Shown here piece by piece: positions 18,457-27,012 of a stretch of DNA of 44,101 nucleotides. This DNA is from Kagunavirus BCH953P1. Within the stretch, counting starts at the first letter, position 1; every line of letters starts with the position of its first letter. The DNA lies in sequence record OZ035805.1, one strand, 5' to 3'. A model generated the notes under the pieces. The model worked only from the letters and a program-made list of their open reading frames with translations, ran no database searches and was not told where the DNA came from. Both the position numbers and the translations under genes were made by a program.

Positions 18457-21002
18457 TCCTGCACTACACTCGAAATGCGGAAGGCGCTTTCGACCGTACA
18501 AAACACGTCGGGATGCCGATGGAGTTTGTCGTTAACCGTATTCCTGACGGCGTGCCGGTGCGCGTCTACCTCGGCGAGATTGGCGATGATACAGATGTAA
18601 CCGACGACTTCGAAGCGCTCAAAGACGAAGATGCCGTGTACCACATTATCGAAGGTGCGGGTAGCGGGGCGCTTGGTGCGGTTAGTAAGGTGTTCGGTTT
18701 TATCCTTAAGCCAATCGCTAAGTTGTTTGGGTTGAACATGTCCGCAAACGCCAACTACACGGCGACTAACAACCAGACAACGTCACCGAATAACAGCCTC
18801 ACAGACCGCTCCAACAAGCCGCGTCCTTACGAGCGTTCTTATGACATCTGCGGTACTGTGCAGACAATCCCTAATGACCTGATGCAGACGTACAAGGCGT
18901 TCAACTCAACGGGTGCTTTGCTGGAGTATTCGTACTATGACGCAGGGCGCGGGCATCTGCATATTGAGGCTGATGGCGTCACGGAAGGTGACACTCTGAT
19001 AAGCGACATCACAGGTTCCTCTGTTGCCGTGTATGCGCCGTATACTTCCCCGAACAACACCGCATCTCCGCAGCTACAAATCGGCGACGTCATTGACCAG
19101 AAACTCTATGTGACATATTCCAATGACGACGTTGACGGTATTGTACTGAAAGCGCCAAACGACATCGGAGCTAACCCAAGCGCTGACGGTACAGCAAAAC
19201 GTATATCAAACACCGGCTACATCTATGACCCGTCGGGCGACTCTGCTTTTTCTGAGTTTCTTAGCGTTGGTGATGTGGCGGTGCTTAGCAACTTTGACGT
19301 TGCTGACGTCACTAACCTGAACGGCTCGTTTGAGGTTTTATATGTCGACGACTTCGAGGTTCGGTTGTACGTCGGGAATATAGGTAATTGGGGAAACCTT
19401 AATAGCGGAGAGACTTACGCACTTACAGAGCGTTCAGATACGTTTATCGGCCCGAGCAACACCTATGACGTATCCCTGACCGACTGGTATTACATGGTGC
19501 GCGGAGAAGTTGACCGGGTGCTTGCTAACGTTGCCGGGCAGAACGGCCTCTACAAATACGACGGTGGGTATAACCGCACCAGCGTAACGGTGGAACTCCA
19601 GTACCAAATGATTGATTCTCAGCGTAACCCGTTGAGCGACATTTACACAGTACAGGCCACCATTACAGGCAACAATACGGATTACGTCGGTACGTCCATT
19701 TATGGGCAGTTACCGACGGCGTCCCGTTTCCGCGCCCGTATGCGCCGCATAACGAATTATGACAAGGACTACGACGGAACAGTAAGCGACGAGATAACGT
19801 TCATTAACCTGTATGGGCAGTCACTGGACACCACACCGCACTACGGCAACAGAACTACCGTACATTGCGCCCGTAAACAGACGCCGCGCGCCGCCAGCAT
19901 AGACAACCCGGAACTGCGCATGATTGCGACCGAGATGTGCTACAAATACTTAGGCAATGGAGTATTCGATACGGTAATGTCGCCAAATACTCAGGCTGTG
20001 CAGTCGCTAATCAGACTGGCACGTGACCCGGCGGTGGGTAATCTGCAACTGACAACGGCAAACATGGACAAGTTACTCGCCGTGCAGGAAGAGATTGAGT
20101 CCTATTTCGGAAGTGAATTAGCGGGGCAGTTCTGCTACACGTTCGACGACTACGACACCACGATGCAGGACATCGTTCAGACTATAGCGGAAGCCGTGTT
20201 CTGCACCGCGTACCGTAAAGGCGCGGATATTATGCTGCGATTCGACCGTCCGGTTGCTGGGCCTGAGATGGTGTTCACACACCGCAGCAAAACTACCGGT
20301 ACGGAGAAGTGGTCCCGCACGTTCAACGATTCGACGACCTACGATAGTCTGTCATTCTCGTACATCGACCCGGATACTAACGTACAGGAAACGATTTATA
20401 TCCCGGAAGAACTCGGAGCAAACACCGAGGAATACGAATCGAAGGGCGTGCGGAACTATCAGCAAGCGTACTGGCTGGCGTGGCGTCGCTACCAGCGCAA
20501 CATGTTAAGTAAAGTTGTCGTAGAGTTCGAAGCGACCGAAGAGGGGGCACTCGCTACACCGGGCGGCGTAATCAGTGTGGTTAAAGGATCTCGCATCGCT
20601 CCTCAGGACGGCTATGTTGTTGCCGTTAATGGGCTTACGCTTACGCTGTCTCAGCCTGTTACGTTTACCCCAGGGGATGGCCATTCCATCATACTCAAGA
20701 AGCGCGACGGCTCGGTGCAGAGTATCTCTGTTATCAAAGGAAGTCACGACCGTGAGGTGATTATGCTCTCCGCGCCGGAGGAGGCAATCTACACAGGGAA
20801 TAGTGCACTAAAAACTGAGTTTTCATTCGGCAACGAAGCAAGGCATAATGCTCAGAAGATAGTTGTTTCCTCAATCGACCCGGGCGACGACCGCACGGTC
20901 AGGATTACTGGTTACAACTATGACGACGGATTCTATAAATACGACGGCGTCGCGCCATACGGCAGCGGTTTCTCCGACGGATACAGCAACGGTTTTTATT
21001 AA
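18447..21002 (+). CDS. tail tip / host specificity protein (J-like)
   Basis: 851 aa following K-like gene; start codon uncertain (track ORF starts with TTG). Confidence 0.7.
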   Translation: MAIILHYTRNAEGAFDRTKHVGMPMEFVVNRIPDGVPVRVYLGEIGDDTDVTDDFEALKDEDAVYHIIEGAGSGALGAVSKVFGFILKPIAKLFGLNMSANANYTATNNQTTSPNNSLTDRSNKPRPYERSYDICGTVQTIPNDLMQTYKAFNSTGALLEYSYYDAGRGHLHIEADGVTEGDTLISDITGSSVAVYAPYTSPNNTASPQLQIGDVIDQKLYVTYSNDDVDGIVLKAPNDIGANPSADGTAKRISNTGYIYDPSGDSAFSEFLSVGDVAVLSNFDVADVTNLNGSFEVLYVDDFEVRLYVGNIGNWGNLNSGETYALTERSDTFIGPSNTYDVSLTDWYYMVRGEVDRVLANVAGQNGLYKYDGGYNRTSVTVELQYQMIDSQRNPLSDIYTVQATITGNNTDYVGTSIYGQLPTASRFRARMRRITNYDKDYDGTVSDEITFINLYGQSLDTTPHYGNRTTVHCARKQTPRAASIDNPELRMIATEMCYKYLGNGVFDTVMSPNTQAVQSLIRLARDPAVGNLQLTTANMDKLLAVQEEIESYFGSELAGQFCYTFDDYDTTMQDIVQTIAEAVFCTAYRKGADIMLRFDRPVAGPEMVFTHRSKTTGTEKWSRTFNDSTTYDSLSFSYIDPDTNVQETIYIPEELGANTEEYESKGVRNYQQAYWLAWRRYQRNMLSKVVVEFEATEEGALATPGGVISVVKGSRIAPQDGYVVAVNGLTLTLSQPVTFTPGDGHSIILKKRDGSVQSISVIKGSHDREVIMLSAPEEAIYTGNSALKTEFSFGNEARHNAQKIVVSSIDPGDDRTVRITGYNYDDGFYKYDGVAPYGSGFSDGYSNGFY

Positions 21003-21014
21003 AGAGGATTCTAT

Positions 21015-22961
21015 ATGTCAAGCGGATGCGGTGACGTTTTATCGCTGGAAGACCTGAAAACGGCCAAGAAGCACCAGACCTTTGAGGCCGAAGTCATTAC
21101 AGGGCGCGCAGGTGGTATATCATCCGGCGCGGAGATTGACTTTGCGACTAACCAGGTTACCGGACAAGTACAAAAAACTCTTCCGGCGGTCCTGCGTGAC
21201 ATGGGCTTTGACCCCGCGGCATTTGATTTCACCACCGGCGGCACTGTAACAGCACGTGACACCGTGGTTTACAATTCGGCGGATAATAACTGGTATTCGT
21301 GGGCGGGAGCGCTGCCGCATGTTGTTGTGCCGGGCACTGACCCGACGGCGGACAGTAACTGGAAACCGCGCACGGATCAGTTATTGCGGCAAAACCTGGC
21401 ATCATCCGTGATTCCGGGGACTTCGTTAGTGACCCACTCCGACGGTATTCCGCTTGATGATTATATAGAGATTTTTAACAGAAGAACTAAGTTTGTAATG
21501 CCCGAGGATTTTTCCGGCACTGACACCGAACAGTTACTGGCTGCAAACAGCTATGCGAAAGCAAATAGTGTTAACTTAGTTCTGCAACCAGGAAAGACAT
21601 ATATCCTTACTGGTTCTACTGGCCTGGACATTGATTTAGGGTATTTTTCTTTTGGGTGTCCTTTTGGGCGTGCGGGTATCGACGCAACCGGTTTTACAGG
21701 TGATGCCCCGATATGGGTGCATTCCTCGGCGCCGTACTCCGTAGGTTATCGGGTGCATTCTAATATCATGCGCGGTGTATCAGTCGTTGGTAGCCTGAAA
21801 GGAACAGGGCAAGCAGGGATAATCATTGGTAATAAAAATAATAACGCCAATGGGACATATAACGGCGATTGCAACATAATGCATTGCAGTTTCAAAAACT
21901 TTGACAAATTACTATTAGCCACTAACTCAACTTGGCGTTATAAATTCACCGATTGCGGTTTTACCACAGAACTGACGGGAACAACGCACGCTATGCACTT
22001 CCCTTCGGGGCTTTCCGATTCTGGGGAGAGTATCAGTTTTGACAACTGTAAGATCTACGATACTAAGGGCGCTAAAATTCTGCTGGAATGCGCCAACTTC
22101 TCAATAGGTATGTCCGGCACATCCATCCTCAACTGCCCGGTAGAAATAACGGGCGCCGGTGCTTTAATAAATCTCGATAAAACCAGCAATATAGAGAATC
22201 CTGTAGCATCTGCATGGTATCGTTATGTTAAAGTTACGGGCGTGGGTGCTCGATTTAATTTTAACGGATGTACTATTGTCTGTAACAACCTATCTGTACA
22301 AACACAGCCACTGTTTGAAGTTGGGCCAAATGCGTTTTTGGATTTCAGCCACGTTAAAATGCCGGGTAATAACTATCTTTTCCAGAACGGGACAGAAGGG
22401 CTAAGAACTTTTGTTGAGGGTGACGGATATGTTATCGCGACATCTGTCATCGCTGACATTGCTTCAGGAGCAGGAAATATTCCGCTACATAAATCATTAA
22501 ACCCTACCCGAAACTCAGGTTTTGAGACTGGTGATTTATCATCGTGGTCATTTAATAATCAGGGGTCTGCTAGTCAAACATGCGTAGTTGGTACAGCATA
22601 TAAGAAAACAGGTACCTATGGTGCGAGAATGACATCGTTCGGGTCATTAAGTTGTTTCTTAACTCAAAATGTAAAAGTAACACAGCATAATTATTACACG
22701 GTAACGTGCCAAATCAATACAATAACGGCAGGAGCAGGAACAACGGCAGGGGCGCTAACCGTTACATTTTACGATAGGGCTGGTAACGCCATCCAATCAG
22801 GTGCAAGTAGTTCTTTTACTAATACACCTAGTGGATGGCAATCTGTAGGACAGTTCATACAAGGCCGAGTGCCGCAGGCCGCGGAATACTGCGAAGTGTC
22901 GATACGCTGCCGTGAGGGTGCCGTTATTGACGTTGATAATTTTATTATTAATTTTACATAG
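21015..22961 (+). CDS. tailspike / tail fibre with beta-helix and C-terminal carbohydrate-binding-like domain
   Basis: 648 aa; central region has beta-helix-like repeats (NCKIYDTKGAKILLECANFSIG...); last gene of structural operon. Confidence 0.75.
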   Translation: MSSGCGDVLSLEDLKTAKKHQTFEAEVITGRAGGISSGAEIDFATNQVTGQVQKTLPAVLRDMGFDPAAFDFTTGGTVTARDTVVYNSADNNWYSWAGALPHVVVPGTDPTADSNWKPRTDQLLRQNLASSVIPGTSLVTHSDGIPLDDYIEIFNRRTKFVMPEDFSGTDTEQLLAANSYAKANSVNLVLQPGKTYILTGSTGLDIDLGYFSFGCPFGRAGIDATGFTGDAPIWVHSSAPYSVGYRVHSNIMRGVSVVGSLKGTGQAGIIIGNKNNNANGTYNGDCNIMHCSFKNFDKLLLATNSTWRYKFTDCGFTTELTGTTHAMHFPSGLSDSGESISFDNCKIYDTKGAKILLECANFSIGMSGTSILNCPVEITGAGALINLDKTSNIENPVASAWYRYVKVTGVGARFNFNGCTIVCNNLSVQTQPLFEVGPNAFLDFSHVKMPGNNYLFQNGTEGLRTFVEGDGYVIATSVIADIASGAGNIPLHKSLNPTRNSGFETGDLSSWSFNNQGSASQTCVVGTAYKKTGTYGARMTSFGSLSCFLTQNVKVTQHNYYTVTCQINTITAGAGTTAGALTVTFYDRAGNAIQSGASSSFTNTPSGWQSVGQFIQGRVPQAAEYCEVSIRCREGAVIDVDNFIINFT

Positions 22962-22970
22962 GGGCGTGAA

Positions 22971-23144
22971 ATGTTAAAAGTAAATGTGTGGTTTATGTCA
23001 ACTGGCAATCTTCCTGTCACGGTGGACATAGATGCTGGCGAATTATCATTTTCTGATGAAATTGAAAAACAAGATTATGTGTTGGATTACTTAATGAACA
23101 ATGGATTTTCCGACAAAGAAGGATTGACGTTTAAAATAGATTAA
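22971..23144 (+). CDS. hypothetical small protein downstream of tailspike
   Basis: 57 aa ORF ending just before terminator. Confidence 0.4.
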   Translation: MLKVNVWFMSTGNLPVTVDIDAGELSFSDEIEKQDYVLDYLMNNGFSDKEGLTFKID

Positions 23145-23175
23145 GGGGCGCAAGCCCCTTTCATTTTAAATTTTT
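23143..23175 (+). terminator. rho-independent terminator
   Basis: stem AAGGGGC / GCCCCTT with GCAA loop followed by TCATTTTAAATTTTT. Confidence 0.7.
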
Positions 23176-23215
23176 GCGTTATGATTTAGCGTGAAGTCTA
23201 AATCTCAGCCAAAAT

Positions 23216-23344
23216 CTAGCACCTTGCACATTTCCTGACCGGCTTCTGGCACATTTTAACCGGAGTGACCGCCGTGGCGAAACCGGCATACGAGCAGCCC
23301 AGAACGGCGGCCAGAGTAATCGCGACAGCGGTAATACGATTCAT
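23216..23344 (-). CDS. small putative lipoprotein
   Basis: 42 aa; MNRITAVAITLAAVLGC signal with lipobox VLGC; AGGAG SD 8 nt upstream; mature part has 4 Cys. Confidence 0.45.
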   Translation of the reverse strand: MNRITAVAITLAAVLGCSYAGFATAVTPVKMCQKPVRKCARC

Positions 23345-23363
23345 TGTGTTTGCTCCTGAAAGT

Positions 23364-23388
23364 AGGCCCCGAACGGGGCCTTTTCTCT
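23364..23388 (+). terminator. terminator-like hairpin
   Basis: stem AGGCCCC / GGGGCCT with GAAC loop followed by TTTTCTCT. Confidence 0.5.
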
Positions 23389-23524
23389 ACTCTTCTGATA
23401 ACTTCTCCAGTACAAACGCCAGTTGCGCGTTAGCGGCGTCTCTTTGCTGTCGTAGTCGTAGAACCTCCTCTTCGAGTTCCTTGATACGTTTTTGCAATGC
23501 CGGAATCGGGGCTATGATGTTCAT
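23387..23524 (-). CDS. small coiled-coil protein
   Basis: 45 aa; ATG overlaps upstream stop (ATGA); sequence KRIKELEEEVLRLRQQRDAANAQL is heptad-like. Confidence 0.4.
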   Translation of the reverse strand: MNIIAPIPALQKRIKELEEEVLRLRQQRDAANAQLAFVLEKLSEE

Positions 23525-23754
23525 TTAGAAATTCTCCATACAGTCGGTACTAGAGCCAAGAAACGTCCAAGTCGTGTTTTATTCTTACATTGTATTAAAT
23601 CCCAGTTAATAAACTTTATTTTTGCGGTATTTTCGGCTGTCGCGCCTGGGTCAGAAGACCATAATACCGCCGCTTTTTCTCTGTGATTCGCTATGTACAC
23701 ACCACCGCTGCCGTCTATTGATACTTCTTTGGCCAAATGTTGTTTAATCTTCAT
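23521..23754 (-). CDS. hypothetical protein
   Basis: 77 aa; start overlaps helicase stop. Confidence 0.5.
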   Translation of the reverse strand: MKIKQHLAKEVSIDGSGGVYIANHREKAAVLWSSDPGATAENTAKIKFINWDLIQCKNKTRLGRFLALVPTVWRISK

Positions 23755-25175
23755 TTCTTACCTCGTCTCTTCATGTAATTAAGCAATTCTTCCTGGACCG
23801 ATTTCTTCTCGTCCGTACGCGCGGCAACAACCTCATCCAGCGTGTCTTTAGCGACGATATGATAGAGGAACACCGGGCGCTCGTGGCCCGCCTGCTTCTG
23901 TCGTACTGGACCTATACGCTCGACAACCTGCAAATAGTGCTCAAGGTTCCAGCCTTGCGAAATAAACGCCAGATGATGGCCGCCGTCCTGTAAATTCAAA
24001 CCATGACCGGCTGACGCAGGGTGAACGCATAAGATTTCGATTTCCCCACGGTTCCACGCTTCCATCTGCTTATTACCCTTAGCACCTTTTGCGAACGCCT
24101 GCGCCTGCGGGAATCGCTTAAGGATGCGCTCAAGTTCGTGCTTGAACTGATAGGCGACCAGCAACGGCGCTCCCTGTAACTCCTCGACAATCGACTCCAG
24201 CGCATCAAGTTTCGTGTCGTGCACTTTCTCCCAGTCTTTGGTTGCTTCGCCATCCGGTCCTGATACATACACGGCACCGGATGCAATCTGCAGACACTTC
24301 GACGTCTTCGCTGCGGCGTTAGCCGCTTCAACTTCCCCGCTCTCCAGTTCTGCGAATAGCTTCTCCTCCATATCTATGTACGCCTGGCGCGCTTTCTTAG
24401 GCAGGTCTATTTCAACCGGTACAATAATTGGCGCTTCGCATCCAAACCACTCGGCAGCGTCAATCGTGAGACTAATGTCCTTCATCTTCTGGTGAATTTC
24501 ATTATCCGCACCCGGGCGGGCGTGGTACTCACGCGCCATCACCGACTTACCTTTCTGTACCGAGTTAAACCATCGGTCGGTGAACGCGGTGTATGAAGAA
24601 CCAAGTCGCTCGCCAGCGTCGATAAACCAGTTCTGCCCCCACAAGTCCTTGAGGCCGTTTGGCGACGGTGTACCGGTCAGGTTAATGAAGCGCTTAACCT
24701 TTCCAAATGCCACTTTGCTGAGCGCCTTAGCCCGCTTGCTCCCACCAGAACGGCTACGGAATGATTTCAGTTTCGTGCTTTCATCAGCAACGATAACCGT
24801 AAAAGGCCAGTCGTCTTTGCCGTAGTAGTCAATTAGCCACTCGATAACTTCGTAGTTAGTACACACCACGTTAGCGTCCGACTCCAGCGCCGCGATGCGG
24901 CGCTTCTCTGAACCGGTCGCATCGACGACACGTAGACAAGGGAAGTTCCATTTCTCTTGTTCTGCAGGCCATGTACCTGACGCAACACGTAAGGGGGCGA
25001 GGATTAACACACGGTCGTCGTCCGTAAGTTGCCCATTACGAAACAGGCGGTTTAGCACCCACATAGTAGAGGAGGTTTTACCCCCTCCCATGCCGCACCA
25101 GATATTACAGCGCGGATGTTGTAGCATGAACGAAGTCATGAGCTTCTGGTACTCTCGACGGATAAATTTAGACAT
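23751..25175 (-). CDS. SNF2/DEAD-like superfamily 2 helicase
   Basis: Walker A GMGGGKTS, DEST box (VIVADESTKLK), C-terminal helicase region; first ATG sits 2 nt after the methyltransferase stop (the longer ORF would overlap it). Confidence 0.8.
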   Translation of the reverse strand: MSKFIRREYQKLMTSFMLQHPRCNIWCGMGGGKTSSTMWVLNRLFRNGQLTDDDRVLILAPLRVASGTWPAEQEKWNFPCLRVVDATGSEKRRIAALESDANVVCTNYEVIEWLIDYYGKDDWPFTVIVADESTKLKSFRSRSGGSKRAKALSKVAFGKVKRFINLTGTPSPNGLKDLWGQNWFIDAGERLGSSYTAFTDRWFNSVQKGKSVMAREYHARPGADNEIHQKMKDISLTIDAAEWFGCEAPIIVPVEIDLPKKARQAYIDMEEKLFAELESGEVEAANAAAKTSKCLQIASGAVYVSGPDGEATKDWEKVHDTKLDALESIVEELQGAPLLVAYQFKHELERILKRFPQAQAFAKGAKGNKQMEAWNRGEIEILCVHPASAGHGLNLQDGGHHLAFISQGWNLEHYLQVVERIGPVRQKQAGHERPVFLYHIVAKDTLDEVVAARTDEKKSVQEELLNYMKRRGKK

Positions 25176-25851
25176 GATTAGCCCCGTAAACTGCTTTTGC
25201 GAAACCACGCGGAGTAAGGCTGCGGATTGTTTTTGTTCTGGCGCTCTTTCCGCCGAGTTTAGCCCAACCAGGGTTATCTCCACTACCCACGGCAACCTCG
25301 GCAACGTCGGGCATAACAAACCCATTTCCGGCCCACAGGCACGTCTTTTTAACATATGCATCTCGCGCCGGGATAACATCCGGGAACATTGGATGTGTGT
25401 CGTCTTCGGGTAAATAGCCGCCGTATTCGTACGGATTGAACGCGTAGTCAGGCTTACGCCATAAAGACGAAAGAACGCTAACCGGGTTCTCAATCATATA
25501 CGGTACGTTGTACTTTTTAGCCAGACGCGCAGCCACTTTGCATGTAATCACGGCCTCTACCTGAAACGTTGGGTTCCTTCTCCGCTTCGTTTCGAAATGG
25601 GCCGCGCCGCTAACGGCTAAATCTGTGCATGGGGGGAACGCGAAAATAATATCCGGCGCAACGTCGAAGTCGAATTTATTATCAATCCACGCGTTTATAT
25701 AGTGGATGTTCTCGTGTTCAACTTTTGCGCCCAATCGTGCATAGTCTCCGCGGTCGGCGCCATCGTAGTTGAAACAATAGCAAGTATGGCCTGCTTCCGC
25801 CCACGGCTGGGCCATAAGGCCCGAACCGTCAAACAATGACCAGACAATCAT
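25168..25851 (-). CDS. DNA methyltransferase-like (C5-cytosine type motifs), short
   Basis: 227 aa; LFDGSG (FxGxG), FPPCTD (PC motif) and IENP (ENV-like) in canonical order; unusually short. Confidence 0.5.
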   Translation of the reverse strand: MIVWSLFDGSGLMAQPWAEAGHTCYCFNYDGADRGDYARLGAKVEHENIHYINAWIDNKFDFDVAPDIIFAFPPCTDLAVSGAAHFETKRRRNPTFQVEAVITCKVAARLAKKYNVPYMIENPVSVLSSLWRKPDYAFNPYEYGGYLPEDDTHPMFPDVIPARDAYVKKTCLWAGNGFVMPDVAEVAVGSGDNPGWAKLGGKSARTKTIRSLTPRGFAKAVYGANHV

Positions 25852-26039
25852 TTCGCCACCAGAACTAGCTCTTTACGTCCGAACGCCGTAACGTTACCCG
25901 TTACATCTTCGATAACCAGTTTACCGTTCGACTCGACGAACACCGTATCAACGGCAACAGGACGACGTGTCTTAACGTTGAAAATCATGTCGCCTGGTAC
26001 GATGTCACGTGCTGGTTTGCGGTCATATTCGTGTTTCAT
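25848..26039 (-). CDS. small protein, paralog family A (SH3-like)
   Basis: 63 aa; DIVPGDMIF...VFV pattern shared with ORFs at 41269 and 41588. Confidence 0.5.
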   Translation of the reverse strand: MKHEYDRKPARDIVPGDMIFNVKTRRPVAVDTVFVESNGKLVIEDVTGNVTAFGRKELVLVAK

Positions 26040-26078
26040 TTCTCAATTCCTTATAGTTAAGGCCCAGAAGGGCCTGTA

Positions 26079-26333
26079 TTAGTTAGATAATTCGGCTTGA
26101 ACTTGCTTAATAAGTTCTCCAGCCGTTGTGAAGTCTACAGACAGCCCTTTAGCGACGTCTTCCGCAAGCACCTTGCGGCCAACTGACCCGAAACCCAGGG
26201 TACGGTTTACTTCCGAAACCTTCATAGACCATGAGTAATTAGCCGACGCCCCTGTGTATTTACAGATGCGAACAGATGAATCGATTGAACCGAGAATCAT
26301 GGTGTTTACTGACAGTTGAAGTTCGATAGCCAT
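26079..26333 (-). CDS. hypothetical protein
   Basis: 84 aa; AAGGA SD; consensus promoter upstream. Confidence 0.5.
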   Translation of the reverse strand: MAIELQLSVNTMILGSIDSSVRICKYTGASANYSWSMKVSEVNRTLGFGSVGRKVLAEDVAKGLSVDFTTAGELIKQVQAELSN

Positions 26334-26334
26334 T

Positions 26335-26649
26335 TTATAATTCCTTATATTGTTGGGGTATGTGCTTACTATAATAGTCTGCTATTAGGGTGTCAACCTG
26401 TTTTATAGAGCCAACCACAAAAACATTTGCGCCGCGTTTGCGCATCCGCTCATGTTCTCGTAGCTGGTGCGGGTCTGGCTTCGTGTTTTCGTCTTTCTTA
26501 ACCTCGACAAACCATATGATGCCGCCGGGGAGCATTACCAGCAAGTCGGGGGCGCCGGAGCGCCCCTCGTAGGAAAGTTTACGAACGAGGCCCCCCAGGG
26601 CCTCGAATCGGTCTTTCGCGTATTTCTGTACGCGGCCCTCTTTAGTCAT
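26335..26649 (-). CDS. VRR-NUC domain nuclease
   Basis: 104 aa; GAPDLLV...WFVEVKK motif typical of VRR-NUC. Confidence 0.7.
   Translation of the reverse strand: MTKEGRVQKYAKDRFEALGGLVRKLSYEGRSGAPDLLVMLPGGIIWFVEVKKDENTKPDPHQLREHERMRKRGANVFVVGSIKQVDTLIADYYSKHIPQQYKEL
26366..26394 (-). promoter_or_regulatory. sigma70-type promoter TTGACA-17-TATAGT with AATAG-N4-CTATT palindrome
   Basis: -35 at 26389-26394 and -10 at 26366-26371 on minus strand; palindrome 26371-26384. Confidence 0.6.
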
Positions 26650-26798
26650 GGCCGCAGAGCCCAGGTTATAAACGCCCCACCGAGAACGGCAACGCCAACA
26701 AACTTAAAGAACAGGCCATAACAGAACATCGCAGCTATTCCAGCGCCGAGTAATAGTGCGAGCAGGGCTACTATCGTCCAAAATACAAGCATTGTCAT
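26646..26798 (-). CDS. small membrane protein
   Basis: 50 aa, two hydrophobic helices; GGGAGGGG SD; stop overlaps VRR-NUC start. Confidence 0.4.
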   Translation of the reverse strand: MTMLVFWTIVALLALLLGAGIAAMFCYGLFFKFVGVAVLGGAFITWALRP

Positions 26799-26880
26799 AA
26801 TATGCACCCCTCCCGTTTCGTATGCTCAATCCCGCATCGCGGACAGATTCGACAGTCTTCTTCATAGACCCAGTAAATTT

Positions 26881-27012
26881 TCACTCCAGCACCCACAGAT
26901 AAATTGCGATAAACATACCTAATACGGCGACCATCATGCCGTATTGACCCTCGTGACAGTAGACACCGGCGGCGAATCCCGCCAGTACCGCGATAATCAG
27001 TTTACTTAGCAT
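26881..27012 (-). CDS. small membrane protein
   Basis: 43 aa, two hydrophobic segments; start overlaps 3' end of polymerase gene. Confidence 0.35.
   Translation of the reverse strand: MLSKLIIAVLAGFAAGVYCHEGQYGMMVAVLGMFIAIYLWVLE

Noticed and set aside
18447-18560. Possible separate lambda-I-like gene at the start of the 851-aa tip protein ORF
   Set aside because: N-terminal region looks loosely like tail assembly protein I, but the ORF is continuous with no internal start signal; kept as a single gene with uncertain start
23265-23686. Plus-strand ORFs of 87 and 64 aa with non-ATG starts
   Set aside because: Lie downstream of a strong terminator; the opposite strand holds SD-preceded, translationally coupled small genes
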